From a virus (lineage: Duplodnaviria > Caudoviricetes), in IMG/VR virus record IMGVR_UViG_3300037483_000295, positions 1 to 44,406 of that record: a DNA stretch of 44,406 bases; one strand, written 5' to 3'. The notes below the pieces were generated by a model. The model was not told the origin of the DNA, made no database searches, and was given only the letters and a program-made list of their open reading frames with translations. The position numbers and the translations under genes were made by a program. Below, piece by piece: positions 26,970 to 35,078 of this stretch. The number at the start of each line of letters is the position of its first letter. Within the stretch, counting starts at the first letter, position 1.

Positions 26970-27173
26970 TCACGAGCATTTCCCGCGCCGCATTGCAGCG
27001 GTAGCCCGCTCGTCTCTGAAAAAACGCATTTTGATCTTCTTGCCTTGCCCAACAGGCTCAAGCGCAAAATCCATTTTATGAACCAAACCACAATCACAGC
27101 AGGCCAGCTTATAGCCGCGCCGAATTGGCCTTATCCACTCGCCTGCCCGTGGCTTGCCGTAGCGGACTCCCAC
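26970..27173 (-). CDS. Zn-ribbon-like hypothetical protein
   Basis: GEWIRP..YKLACCDCGLVH motif. Confidence 0.65.
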   Translation of the reverse strand: MGVRYGKPRAGEWIRPIRRGYKLACCDCGLVHKMDFALEPVGQGKKIKMRFFRDERATAAMRRGKCS

Positions 27174-27174
27174 C

Positions 27175-27780
27175 TCACCCCTCCGAGGCGCCGTTGCGGG
27201 CCAGCCGCTCTAGCGCCGCTTTCATCGCTCGCCGCCGCCTGACACGGGCATCCAGCAAGTCCCGCAGCTCAGACCAAGCGGGCCACCATTTCTCATTTCT
27301 GGCCCAGAACCGCAGGGCGTCCGAAACAATGTCCGCAGGGTAGCGGGTAAGCTCTTCCATGTAGGCCGCAGCCATGAATTTCGTATCCGTCGCATCCTCG
27401 GCACGGGCCTTGGTCATCATGCGCAGCCGCGTCACTTCGCGGGCAACCGCCTCGACGGGAGCCGGACTGAGCGCGACATCAAGGATGGCAAGCGCCGCTG
27501 CCCGGTCTGCCAGGGGCACGTCATGCCGGCATTGATAGCCGGTAAGTACCTGATCCCAGCCGTATTCAGCCGTCGTGCGGTCTTCGTAAACGGCTACCAG
27601 CGACGACTTCGCCGACTGCGGTAGCGAATCCATTATCCGGTCGTCGACCTCGCCCGGCTCCCCCACCATCATCAGCTCGGCCAACGAATTGAGGATTACG
27701 GATAACCCAGGTGCGGAAGGCCGCATCGGGGTCGGCAAAGACGGTTCCTTTTCCAAGATGATGCTCCACAAAATGCTCAA
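27175..27780 (-). CDS. replication protein downstream of the initiator (helicase-loader-like); true start likely internal
   Basis: YMEELTRYPADIV..W..KWWPAWSEL motif; lambda O/P-like position. Confidence 0.6.
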   Translation of the reverse strand: MSILWSIILEKEPSLPTPMRPSAPGLSVILNSLAELMMVGEPGEVDDRIMDSLPQSAKSSLVAVYEDRTTAEYGWDQVLTGYQCRHDVPLADRAAALAILDVALSPAPVEAVAREVTRLRMMTKARAEDATDTKFMAAAYMEELTRYPADIVSDALRFWARNEKWWPAWSELRDLLDARVRRRRAMKAALERLARNGASEG

Positions 27781-28282
27781 TCATGGCGTCACGGCGTGTG
27801 TCAGGGATGCTTTTCAGGGCAACCCACTGGAGAGTTTCCGGCCTTGGCACCCAGCCACGATGCAAAGTCGCGCCCGCGCCCTTCTCTCTCTCTTCTTCAG
27901 GTGAGGTGAGGTGAGGTGTAAACGTTTGTTGTGCGTTTGATGGTGCGTTCGCACTGCGTTTGTTGTGCCGAGCGTATGCGGCTGCTTTGCCGGCCGCACT
28001 TCGCTTACTGATCGTGTCCTCTGCCTTCGCCAGTTCGGAATCAATGCGGCCGTGATGCCAATCTAGTCCGAACAGGTCGGCTATCGTCGGCCTGATCTCC
28101 ATCCATTGCTTGAGCGGCAGGCGGCAGACGCGGGCTAGCTTGGCGTCATCGCTGGGCAAGCCGCTGTTCTGCCAATAGTGCATGATGAGCAGAAGATAGG
28201 CGCCGTGCTCGACCGTGCTCATGTGGCCGGTGTCAGCGAGATAGTCCGCGATGTAGAGAGGCATCCAGGATGGTGCGCTCAT
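27566..28282 (-). CDS. replication initiator, DUF1376/YdaU-like N-terminus
   Basis: WMPLYIADYLADTGHMSTVEHGAYLLLIMHYW; C-terminal F..H..KG..D.DAAFRTW. Confidence 0.85.
   Translation of the reverse strand: MSAPSWMPLYIADYLADTGHMSTVEHGAYLLLIMHYWQNSGLPSDDAKLARVCRLPLKQWMEIRPTIADLFGLDWHHGRIDSELAKAEDTISKRSAAGKAAAYARHNKRSANAPSNAQQTFTPHLTSPEEEREKGAGATLHRGWVPRPETLQWVALKSIPDTRRDAMIEHFVEHHLGKGTVFADPDAAFRTWVIRNPQFVGRADDGGGAGRGRRPDNGFATAVGEVVAGSRLRRPHDG
27899..27968. repeat. putative replication origin with iterons inside the initiator gene
   Basis: (AGGTG) run plus four 11-12 bp units CGTTTGTTGTG / CGTTTGATGGTG / CGTTCGCACTG / CGTTTGTTGTG; lambda-ori-like location. Confidence 0.6.
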
Positions 28283-28539
28283 TCGCCCCTCTTCGGCCGG
28301 ATCACCAGCTCATAGCCGATGACGCCGAGAGCCGCGTTCATGTTCGTGATGCTGGGGTTGTTCTTGTACCGCCAGGAACGGATTGCCGCCTTGGTCGGCC
28401 CGCCCTGGTCGCTGACTTCCGAGATGAGAACGCGTTGCCGGTTGAGAATCTCGAAGAACTCCCGGACCAGCGGATTGCAGTGCGGCGGGATTGACAGGCG
28501 CCCCCGCCATGCGCGGCCACGGTCTCTAAGGCCGCTCAT
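28279..28539 (-). CDS. XRE-like HTH protein
   Basis: ISEVSDQGGPTKAAIRSWRY..PSITNMNAALGVIGYEL. Confidence 0.7.
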   Translation of the reverse strand: MSGLRDRGRAWRGRLSIPPHCNPLVREFFEILNRQRVLISEVSDQGGPTKAAIRSWRYKNNPSITNMNAALGVIGYELVIRPKRGE

Positions 28540-28702
28540 CTCCACGCCTCTTCTTCCGCAGCCGCCTGAGCCGCATCCAGCTTCTCCCGGACGTGCGGGC
28601 TGACGCGATGACGCTCGGCCTCCAAGGCGTTCACAAGGGCAATAGCGGCGGCAGTGAACGACAGCACCGGGACGATCTCCTCGGGGTGGTGGATGGTGCG
28701 GC

Positions 28703-29230
28703 TCATGCGGCGGCCACCGTGGTTGTCGCCGGCCGACAAGTACGGTCGAGTCGCCGGCCAAGCGCCTGCATCTCTCGGTGCCAGTATCGGAAATAGCAAT
28801 TGCGTTCGAGGGTCGCCAACGATGCGGGCGGCAGTTTCAGGGCCTTGACTCGCCGGGCCGGCCGGGCTTCCCGCACGCCGTCCCGATGGACGGGCCTGCC
28901 GTTCCTATCGCTCGCCGGGTAGACGACCAGGACGCCCGCGTTATCCGGCAAATCGGCAGGCAGGCGGTCGGCCAGTTCGTTAGGGACGGCGTAGAAGAAG
29001 CGCGCGACATGCGGTCTGGGCTTCAGCCACTTTTCTTTCTTGGCGTCCGCCCGCAGGTCAGCCAGCGAGAGCTTGACCTCGATCTCCGTCAGGTACCCGG
29101 CTTTGGTGACGAACACCAAGTCCGCCAGTCCGCCGTCGACATAGAATTCGGTCATCATGCGGTTCGCCCGCCAATCGAAATGGTTGGCCAGCGCGTAGAT
29201 CATGCGGCCGGCATGCCAGCGGGCGCTCAT
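28703..29230 (-). CDS. MmcB-like PD-(D/E)xK nuclease-family protein
   Basis: ADLVFV..EIEVKLSLADLRAD.KK.KW..FFYAVP..AGVL. Confidence 0.7.
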   Translation of the reverse strand: MSARWHAGRMIYALANHFDWRANRMMTEFYVDGGLADLVFVTKAGYLTEIEVKLSLADLRADAKKEKWLKPRPHVARFFYAVPNELADRLPADLPDNAGVLVVYPASDRNGRPVHRDGVREARPARRVKALKLPPASLATLERNCYFRYWHREMQALGRRLDRTCRPATTTVAAA

Positions 29231-29390
29231 CCTGCCTTGCGCCTCCCCTTGCGCGTCTCCTGCTTCAGCAGCCGGTGGGCAAACTCTCGCAGCTCGCGCT
29301 CGCGCTTCCGTTTGTGACCATGCGGAGCTATGGCCGCCCGGCGCTCTAGGGCGGACCACTTGGCGAGATAGGCGGCATCGTCGAGGCGCA

Positions 29391-29672
29391 TCATTTAGCT
29401 TCCCATCGCTTGCATGCCGCATCTTTGGCCCGCACGTCAGAGCCTTTGCCGCCAGTCCATCGCCGATGATTGAGGCCGCATTTCAGGTAGACCTTGCCCA
29501 TGTGTTTTCGTGTCAGATGCTTGCATGACCCGCATGTCTCTCCGGCCGGGCCGGTGCCGGGTGGCATGACGTGCCCATGCGGAACGGGATCACGCCTTAG
29601 CTTGCCGTGAGGCCGGACTGGTGCAGCCGCCATCTGGGCCAGCAACTCCAACTGTTCCGGGCTGAGCGTCAT
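29391..29672 (-). CDS. Cys-rich hypothetical protein
   Basis: GPAGETCGSCKH..YLKCGL..ACKRW. Confidence 0.6.
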   Translation of the reverse strand: MTLSPEQLELLAQMAAAPVRPHGKLRRDPVPHGHVMPPGTGPAGETCGSCKHLTRKHMGKVYLKCGLNHRRWTGGKGSDVRAKDAACKRWEAK

Positions 29673-30049
29673 CCCGCCTTCTCTATCGTCACGCGGCACG
29701 CCGGAAGGTCGGACCACTTGATGCGGATATCCACGATCAGCTTGTCATTGACGAGCCAACCATGAGTTTGGAGCTTGTCGGCAATAGCCTTGATCCGGTT
29801 CTCGGCGTCGGCCGTCTTTCTCTGACGTGGACATTCAATGAATACCGCCACGTCATGCGCAATCGGGTTGCGCGGCGGAACGGCGATGCGGCGGAAACCG
29901 AGGTCCGTCGTCTCGACGAAGAACGGTATGTTCGCCCATGCCTTGTACAGGTCGGTCTTCACCAGCGCGCGGCTGGTCTTGGACTTCCGGCGGTAGAGGC
30001 GCCAGGAAGATGGCGGCGGCGAGGTCAGGAGGATGATGGGAAGGGTCAT
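29669..30049 (-). CDS. RusA-like Holliday junction resolvase
   Basis: PPPSS..LY, DAENRIKAIADKL..NDK motif. Confidence 0.65.
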   Translation of the reverse strand: MTLPIILLTSPPPSSWRLYRRKSKTSRALVKTDLYKAWANIPFFVETTDLGFRRIAVPPRNPIAHDVAVFIECPRQRKTADAENRIKAIADKLQTHGWLVNDKLIVDIRIKWSDLPACRVTIEKAG

Positions 30050-30540
30050 GCCGGCACCATTTCCAAGCGCCGAGCTGCGGCCAGTTCGCGATATCGCCGC
30101 AGCACCCCGCGTCGACGACACGCTCTGCAAATGCGACCGCCGTTAGGGCGCAGATACAAGTTCTCGCCGGCATATTCATGCCCGGCTGGACAGTGCGTTT
30201 TCAGGCCATGAGCCCCCGGGAAACCGCGCTGCATATTGACCTGATGCGTCACCGGCTCCAGGTGCCATGGATTAACGCAGTGACGGACGCGGCAGAGATG
30301 GTCCGGCTCCAGTCCTTCGGGGATCGGTCCGATATGGAGTTCATACGCAATGCGATGGGCTTTCAGGACCCGGAAGCTGCCATCAGTTCGTGACCCCGCC
30401 CCGATTTGGCCGTAGCCGTCAGTACATGAAGCGGTCCACAGCCAGCACGGCCCCAGGTCAGGACGATATTCCGGCACCGGGCCGTTCTTGTTGACCTTTG
30501 CGTTGAAGCGCTCTTCCAAAGACTTCGGGCGGCACGCCAT
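30046..30540 (-). CDS. HNH endonuclease with C-terminal Zn-ribbon
   Basis: CWLWTA..GYG..AHRIAY..DHLCRVRHCVNPWHL..N; KTHCPAGH..CRAC. Confidence 0.9.
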   Translation of the reverse strand: MACRPKSLEERFNAKVNKNGPVPEYRPDLGPCWLWTASCTDGYGQIGAGSRTDGSFRVLKAHRIAYELHIGPIPEGLEPDHLCRVRHCVNPWHLEPVTHQVNMQRGFPGAHGLKTHCPAGHEYAGENLYLRPNGGRICRACRRRGVLRRYRELAAARRLEMVPA

Positions 30541-30601
30541 GCAAGTTAACCTCTGTGAAAAGTTCGTAATTAACTATAAACTTATATTCCCATGCCCTAG
30601 A

Positions 30602-30844
30602 TCACCCGCTAGGGTCGCGCGGATGAAGACATTCCTGCACGCCCACGCCCCGCGCATCGTCGCTATCGTCGTGCGGGCTCATCGCGCGGCGCAGTATGCT
30701 GGCGCCCGTTCCGTAGACCGCGCCGCCGGCAAAGCCGAGCGCCCATGCGAGAGACGGCTTGGCGTCTATCATCACGCCAATGGCAACCGTCGCGCCGACG
30801 CAGGCAACACAGAGGGCGAGTTGATGCACGGCCCGATGCGCCAT
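30602..30844 (-). CDS. two-TM membrane protein
   Basis: Hydrophobic segments; in the early-right operon. Confidence 0.5.
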   Translation of the reverse strand: MAHRAVHQLALCVACVGATVAIGVMIDAKPSLAWALGFAGGAVYGTGASILRRAMSPHDDSDDARGVGVQECLHPRDPSG

Positions 30845-30964
30845 CGCCTATGCCCCCGCCTCATCCGTGTCGTCCGGCAGCTCCGTCTCCCGCACGGGGT
30901 AGAGCACGCAGGACAGGGCGAACGTCAGAAGCGCGCCGCAGAGCATGCCGAGGAGGAAGAGCAT

Positions 30965-31189
30965 CTACGCCTCCGCCGGCAACAGATTGGCGCGGGCGTT
31001 GTCCACCCATTTCGGAACGGTGCTACGGATGACCGCAGCGAAGGCGCGGAGATGAACTTCCGCTTCGCATGCGCCGCGCTTGCCAGCCTCGTCGGCCGCC
31101 TCGTCGGCCAGCCGGGCGCAAGTCTCAAAGGCGGTCTCGGCCCCGATGAGCGTGCCCAGCTTGCCGGCGTATTCGGTTTCCGCGCTCAT
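30965..31189 (-). CDS. hypothetical protein
   Basis: Bounded by identical GGCGGAGGCGTAGATG stop/start junctions. Confidence 0.6.
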   Translation of the reverse strand: MSAETEYAGKLGTLIGAETAFETCARLADEAADEAGKRGACEAEVHLRAFAAVIRSTVPKWVDNARANLLPAEA

Positions 31190-31342
31190 CTACGCCTCCG
31201 CCCGGCGCCGGTTCTCGGCCGCCGACAGCATGGAGATGAGGGTCAGCAGCTCGCAGATCGGCGCGCCCTTGGCGGACCACGGCAGGACCGGCGATGCCTT
31301 GATGGCGTCGAGCAGGCGGGCGGCGGCGACGAGGGCGCTCAT
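31190..31342 (-). CDS. hypothetical protein downstream of cro
   Basis: ATGA coupling to cro. Confidence 0.55.
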   Translation of the reverse strand: MSALVAAARLLDAIKASPVLPWSAKGAPICELLTLISMLSAAENRRRAEA

Positions 31343-31584
31343 TGGGCGGCGGCCTCGGAGGGCGCGGCGGTGGGGGCTTCGGCAAACCACGCTGGATCAG
31401 GGTCGATCTCACGGCGGCGGGCCGCATCCTCGATTTGCTGGCGGCGCCAGTGCGGAATGCGCCCCTTCAGCTTCCACGAATGAACGGTGGAGATCGGCGC
31501 CCGCAACTCTTTCGCGAGGGCCGTTGCCCCGCCGAAGGCGGCAAGACATGCGTCGGGGCCGTTCTCAGGCTGCGGTTCGGACAT
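31339..31584 (-). CDS. cro: Cro-like HTH repressor
   Basis: FGGATALAKELRAPISTVHSWKLKGRIP; divergent from the cI-like gene. Confidence 0.8.
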   Translation of the reverse strand: MSEPQPENGPDACLAAFGGATALAKELRAPISTVHSWKLKGRIPHWRRQQIEDAARRREIDPDPAWFAEAPTAAPSEAAAQ

Positions 31585-31590
31585 GCCCAA

Positions 31591-31642
31591 CGTTTACGAT
31601 AATCGGAGCAATCCGTCAACGGCTCTGTTTCCGAAGTTCGTA
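31591..31642 (-). promoter_or_regulatory. pR-like promoter with two operators (OR)
   Basis: Minus strand TTGACG-17bp-TAAACG, cro ATG 6 nt downstream; palindromes TACGAtaaTCGGA (31595-31607) and TCCGAagtTCGTA (31630-31642). Confidence 0.8.
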
Positions 31643-31678
31643 GCAACAGGTCTCCGGGGAATCGATCACAATCCGCGG

Positions 31679-32125
31679 ATGCCGAAACATTGGCTGGATC
31701 AGCGGCTTGAAGAACTGAAGCCGCAGGGCAAGAGCAAGAGCGGCCTGGCGCGCGCCCTCGGGCTGCCGTCGTCGCGCGTGAGCGAGATCATCAGCGGCGT
31801 CCGCGCAATTAAGGCCAAAGAGCTTAGGCCGATGGCGGATTACCTCGAGTGGCCGATGGACGCCCTCGCCGCGAATATCAATACGGGGAAGCCCTCACCG
31901 GGGGCCGCGGTCGCCGGTAAGGAACAGGTAATGACTGGGGACGATCCTGGTGTGGCACAGGAGGATCGTCAGATGAAACGAGAACTGGAAGAAATCAGAC
32001 AGATTTATCAACGGCTTGGCGCCGAGGACCGCACCGACGTGCTGCGCTACATGCGCGATAAGGACCGAGTGCGGGCCGCTCGGGAGGCGGCCGAAGCGGG
32101 CCCTACGGCGGCCGTGGCCGGGTAG
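31679..32125 (+). CDS. CI-like immunity repressor without S24 peptidase domain
   Basis: KSKSGLARALGLPSSRVSEIISGVRAIKAKEL XRE HTH; flanked by operator-bearing promoters. Confidence 0.8.
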   Translation: MPKHWLDQRLEELKPQGKSKSGLARALGLPSSRVSEIISGVRAIKAKELRPMADYLEWPMDALAANINTGKPSPGAAVAGKEQVMTGDDPGVAQEDRQMKRELEEIRQIYQRLGAEDRTDVLRYMRDKDRVRAAREAAEAGPTAAVAG

Positions 32126-32199
32126 TCCCGCTACACCCCGTCACGGACTGACCTCGGGCGGCGCCAGCCAGCGCCGCCCTTTCCTTGTATCCCGGCTTG

Positions 32200-32249
32200 T
32201 ACGATTTTCGTAGAAACCGCTTGACGGGCAGTTCCGATATTCGTAATCT
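32200..32249 (+). promoter_or_regulatory. pL-like promoter with two operators (OL)
   Basis: TTGACG(32221)-17bp-TAATCT; palindromes TACGAtttTCGTA (32200-32212) and TCCGAtatTCGTA (32233-32245). Confidence 0.85.
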
Positions 32250-32304
32250 CCTCCTCGTCAGCCCTATCGGCTGATCGGCTCCTCCCTCCCTGGGGGCCGC
32301 GATT

Positions 32305-32359
32305 CCTCCAAGCCTGGGGCCGCCGCCCGCGAGACCGGCGGCCCCGATTTGGTGGAGAT
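32305..32359 (+). repeat. structured leader element, copy 1
   Basis: CCTCCAAGCCT + 10-bp GC hairpin + NN + TTTGGTGGAGAT. Confidence 0.7.
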
Positions 32360-32361
32360 AG

Positions 32362-32583
32362 ATGGAGGAAGAGATGTCCGAAGAAACCCGCTACCAGCGC
32401 ATCGCCCGCGAACAGGCTGAGCGGCAGGCCGCCCGCGAGAAGCGGATGAAGGCCGCCAGCAAGCCGCGCCGCAAGCGGTCGCGTTCCTACGGGCCGAGCT
32501 ACATGCACGACACCGGCCCCGGCTTCTTCCGCGACCCCGATGGCCTGGACCGCGACAACCTCGGCGCATCGCCGGACTACTGA
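32362..32583 (+). CDS. small Arg-rich protein, first gene of the pL operon (lambda N-like position)
   Basis: TRYQRIAREQAERQAAREKRMKAASKPRRKRSR; strong RBS. Confidence 0.7.
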   Translation: MEEEMSEETRYQRIAREQAERQAAREKRMKAASKPRRKRSRSYGPSYMHDTGPGFFRDPDGLDRDNLGASPDY

Positions 32584-32584
32584 G

Positions 32585-32640
32585 CCTCCAAGCCTGCCGG
32601 CCCGGCGCTACGAATTCCGGGCCGGCCCTTTGGGGGAGAT
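32585..32640 (+). repeat. structured leader element, copy 2
   Basis: CCTCCAAGCCT + different 10-bp GC hairpin + NN + TTTGGGGGAGAT. Confidence 0.7.
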
Positions 32641-32654
32641 GGACGGAGAGAGAG

Positions 32655-32903
32655 ATGGTGCAACTCAGCAAAGCCGGCCGCAAGGCGCTCAGAGCGGCGA
32701 TGTTCCGTGAGCGCGGCAACATCTGTCCAGTGCGCGGTGTCCATGCCGCTGCTGAGACCAATTTGCTGATCGCGCTCGATCGTGAGGGCCTTATTGCCTG
32801 GGATGGCGGAGTGCCGTTCAAGGGCAGCCCACGCATCAATGAGGTCGGGCGAAAAGCCGCTGAACTTCGTGACGCGCCAGCCCCACCCGCCCGGGCCGAT
32901 TGA
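32655..32903 (+). CDS. hypothetical (winged-helix-like) protein
   Basis: RBS; ALDREGLI..RINEVGRKA pattern. Confidence 0.65.
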   Translation: MVQLSKAGRKALRAAMFRERGNICPVRGVHAAAETNLLIALDREGLIAWDGGVPFKGSPRINEVGRKAAELRDAPAPPARAD

Positions 32904-32943
32904 GGAGAGAGACAGATGACGAAGCACACGGCAGGAAATCGAA

Positions 32944-33411
32944 ATGCCAGCCACTAAGGGCGCTGCACCGTGGAATGCCGGGGCCGGGCAAGGTTGGACC
33001 GACAAGCGCGGCTACCGCTGGCTTTACGTGAGCGAGGGCGGCAAGCGCGTTGCACGGCGGGAACATCGCGTCGTGATGGAGTGCCATCTCGGCCGGCGAC
33101 TTGAGCCTTGGGAGCTTGTGCATCACAGAGATGGCGACCCGTCGAACAATGATCTGCCGAACTTGGAGCTAATGACATTCGGCGAGCATACGGCCGGACA
33201 TCATACCGGCACCCGTAGGGACTACGCTGCCCGCCGCTCAATGGAGGCCTTCGCGCTAATGCGAGAAGAACTGCGGCGCGAGCGCGAGACCAAGGCCGAT
33301 CTGCTGGCTGCGCTAGAGCGACTGCATCGCGTGGCATCAGTTGAGCTTGCGGGAAGCCGCCCAGATGTTCTGGAACAAGCCCGCGCCGCCATCGCCCGCG
33401 CCACCGCCTGA
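32944..33411 (+). CDS. HNH endonuclease fused to the C-terminus of a small phage protein
   Basis: GYR..EHRVVME.HLGRRL..ELVHHRDGDPSNNDLPNL; tail ADLLAAL..ARAAIARAT. Confidence 0.85.
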   Translation: MPATKGAAPWNAGAGQGWTDKRGYRWLYVSEGGKRVARREHRVVMECHLGRRLEPWELVHHRDGDPSNNDLPNLELMTFGEHTAGHHTGTRRDYAARRSMEAFALMREELRRERETKADLLAALERLHRVASVELAGSRPDVLEQARAAIARATA

Positions 33412-33424
33412 CAGGGAGAGGGAG

Positions 33425-33601
33425 ATGGCAGACGGACGTCACTATCGAAATCCGCCGCGAGTGCCATTCAAGGCGTTGGGCTGCGCTTATTGCCAGGACG
33501 CCGGTCCTGAGCCGGGAATGATCTGGATGGACAACAACGGGCCAATCGTGCCGTGCCCGGTTTGCAATCCTACCCCCACCGCCCCGGCCGCACAGGAGTA
33601 G
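33425..33601 (+). CDS. small Zn-ribbon protein
   Basis: CAYC..CPVC; GGAG RBS. Confidence 0.6.
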   Translation: MADGRHYRNPPRVPFKALGCAYCQDAGPEPGMIWMDNNGPIVPCPVCNPTPTAPAAQE

Positions 33602-33625
33602 GGACATGAGCGAGGAGCCCGGCAC

Positions 33626-33991
33626 ATGACCGCCACCAGTCAGTATCTCAACGCCGAGCTGCGCAGCCTGCCGCTTGCTGCCTTAGAGCGCCTGCGGGCC
33701 ACGCTGGAGCTTGCCTACGGGCTAGCCGGACCGGCAGGCGCTGACGACATCAAGGGCACGCTGGCGGACCTGATGGCCGACTGCGCCACGCTAATCCGGG
33801 AAGAGCTGGAAGCCGAGCAGCCGTGCAGCGACGAGGCGCGGTCACGGGGCTGTTCCTGCCGCATGCCGCAGAACGAATATGATCCGGAACCGTTGGTCGA
33901 CCGGCATTGCTGCCTACATGGCGATCCTGCGGCACCGGATCGGGTTGGGCTATTCGACGACGGCCCGGATGAGCGGAGGGCTGCGGAATGA
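33626..33991 (+). CDS. hypothetical protein
   Basis: GAGGAG RBS; GCSC..CCLHG motif. Confidence 0.6.
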   Translation: MTATSQYLNAELRSLPLAALERLRATLELAYGLAGPAGADDIKGTLADLMADCATLIREELEAEQPCSDEARSRGCSCRMPQNEYDPEPLVDRHCCLHGDPAAPDRVGLFDDGPDERRAAE

Positions 33992-34191
33992 GCGAAGTCA
34001 GGATGTGGGCGGTGAAGCGGCCGGATGCCGTGATCGCTGGGCAAACGGTCCGCATGACGCGCAAGGATGCAATCGAAGCGGCCGAACGATACGCGGTTAT
34101 CCAGAGCTTCGATTGGCCGACCTGGAAAACCCTCTACCGCCGCGGCTACCGCTGCGTTCGCGGGCGCTTTGTCGAGGAGGCTGCGGAATGA
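33988..34191 (+). CDS. tandem paralog 1 (MSEVRMWAVK...GYRCVR family)
   Basis: Shares N- and C-terminal motifs with the next gene. Confidence 0.7.
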   Translation: MSEVRMWAVKRPDAVIAGQTVRMTRKDAIEAAERYAVIQSFDWPTWKTLYRRGYRCVRGRFVEEAAE

Positions 34192-34382
34192 GCGAAGTCA
34201 GGATGTGGGCGGTGAAGGCGCCTCGCGGATGGCTTATTGACGGCTATGTCCGGCGAACGCGCAAAGAATGCATCGCCCTCGTGGTGAGCGGCTGTTCCGC
34301 GCCGTATGACGATTGGCAGTCTTGGTATCGCCAAGGCTACCGTTGCGTCCGCGTCCGCGTGATCGAGGAGATTGCGGAATGA
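34188..34382 (+). CDS. tandem paralog 2 (MSEVRMWAVK...GYRCVR family)
   Basis: 39-bp exact repeat 33979-34017 = 34179-34217 spans both starts. Confidence 0.7.
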   Translation: MSEVRMWAVKAPRGWLIDGYVRRTRKECIALVVSGCSAPYDDWQSWYRQGYRCVRVRVIEEIAE

Positions 34383-34756
34383 GCGACATTGTTGAACGGC
34401 TGCTAGGGCGGGCCGATGCAATGGAGGTCGGCCAGGGCATTACATTCGGCGACACGCCGATGGCACTGCGACAGGCCGCCGATGAGATCACCCGGTTGCG
34501 CGCCCTCCATTGCATTCCGGAAGGCTACGCTATCGGCGATGATGCGACGGTCACGCTTGCTGTCGAATGCGTCTATTTGAAAGATCGCGCCGAGGCGGCG
34601 GAGAAGCTGGTGGGGGAGCTGGGCGCAGCATTTAGGCAAATCGAGGCCGTGTGCAGCGACAATGAAGCCGATTCTTGCGACCACCAGCTGGCGCTTAAAT
34701 TCGTTCATGAGGTTACCACCCGCGCCCGCCAGAGGAGAGAGTCCGATGGCCGATAG
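34379..34756 (+). CDS. MSDIVERL-type small phage protein
   Basis: MSDIVERL..AADEITRLRA motif. Confidence 0.65.
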   Translation: MSDIVERLLGRADAMEVGQGITFGDTPMALRQAADEITRLRALHCIPEGYAIGDDATVTLAVECVYLKDRAEAAEKLVGELGAAFRQIEAVCSDNEADSCDHQLALKFVHEVTTRARQRRESDGR

Positions 34757-35078
34757 GTGGGATGAAGAGGCGGCGGGCGTTTTCTACGATCTGCGGCTCA
34801 TCATGGGCGACCCCGATTGCGCAATCGAAACCATCGCCTCCGCCCTTCGCCGCGCTGCGGGTGAGTGGCTGCCGATAGAGACGGCGCCGAAGGATGGAAC
34901 GCGCCTTGTCGTTGGCGAGTTCAACGACGACGGCGTGAACCCGCAAGATGCCCACTGGACATTCTGGGTTGATTATTGGCGCGCATACCTGCCGCCGTAT
35001 GGCGCAGGCTTTGGGCGATCCGCCAAGCCTTCTGTCTATCGTCCCCTCCCCGCACCTCCGGAGCCCGACCATGACTGA
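34746..35078 (+). CDS. DUF551-like protein
   Basis: WLPIETAPKDGT...PLPAPP. Confidence 0.7.
   Translation: MADRWDEEAAGVFYDLRLIMGDPDCAIETIASALRRAAGEWLPIETAPKDGTRLVVGEFNDDGVNPQDAHWTFWVDYWRAYLPPYGAGFGRSAKPSVYRPLPAPPEPDHD

Noticed and set aside
30557-30569. Possible fifth repressor operator (GAAAAGTTCGTA) upstream of the HNH gene
   Set aside because: Only one half-site matches, in an AT-rich patch.
32305-34386. Repeats as a CRISPR array or diversity-generating retroelement
   Set aside because: Only 2-3 copies separated by whole genes; no cas or reverse transcriptase gene; differences are not adenine-specific.
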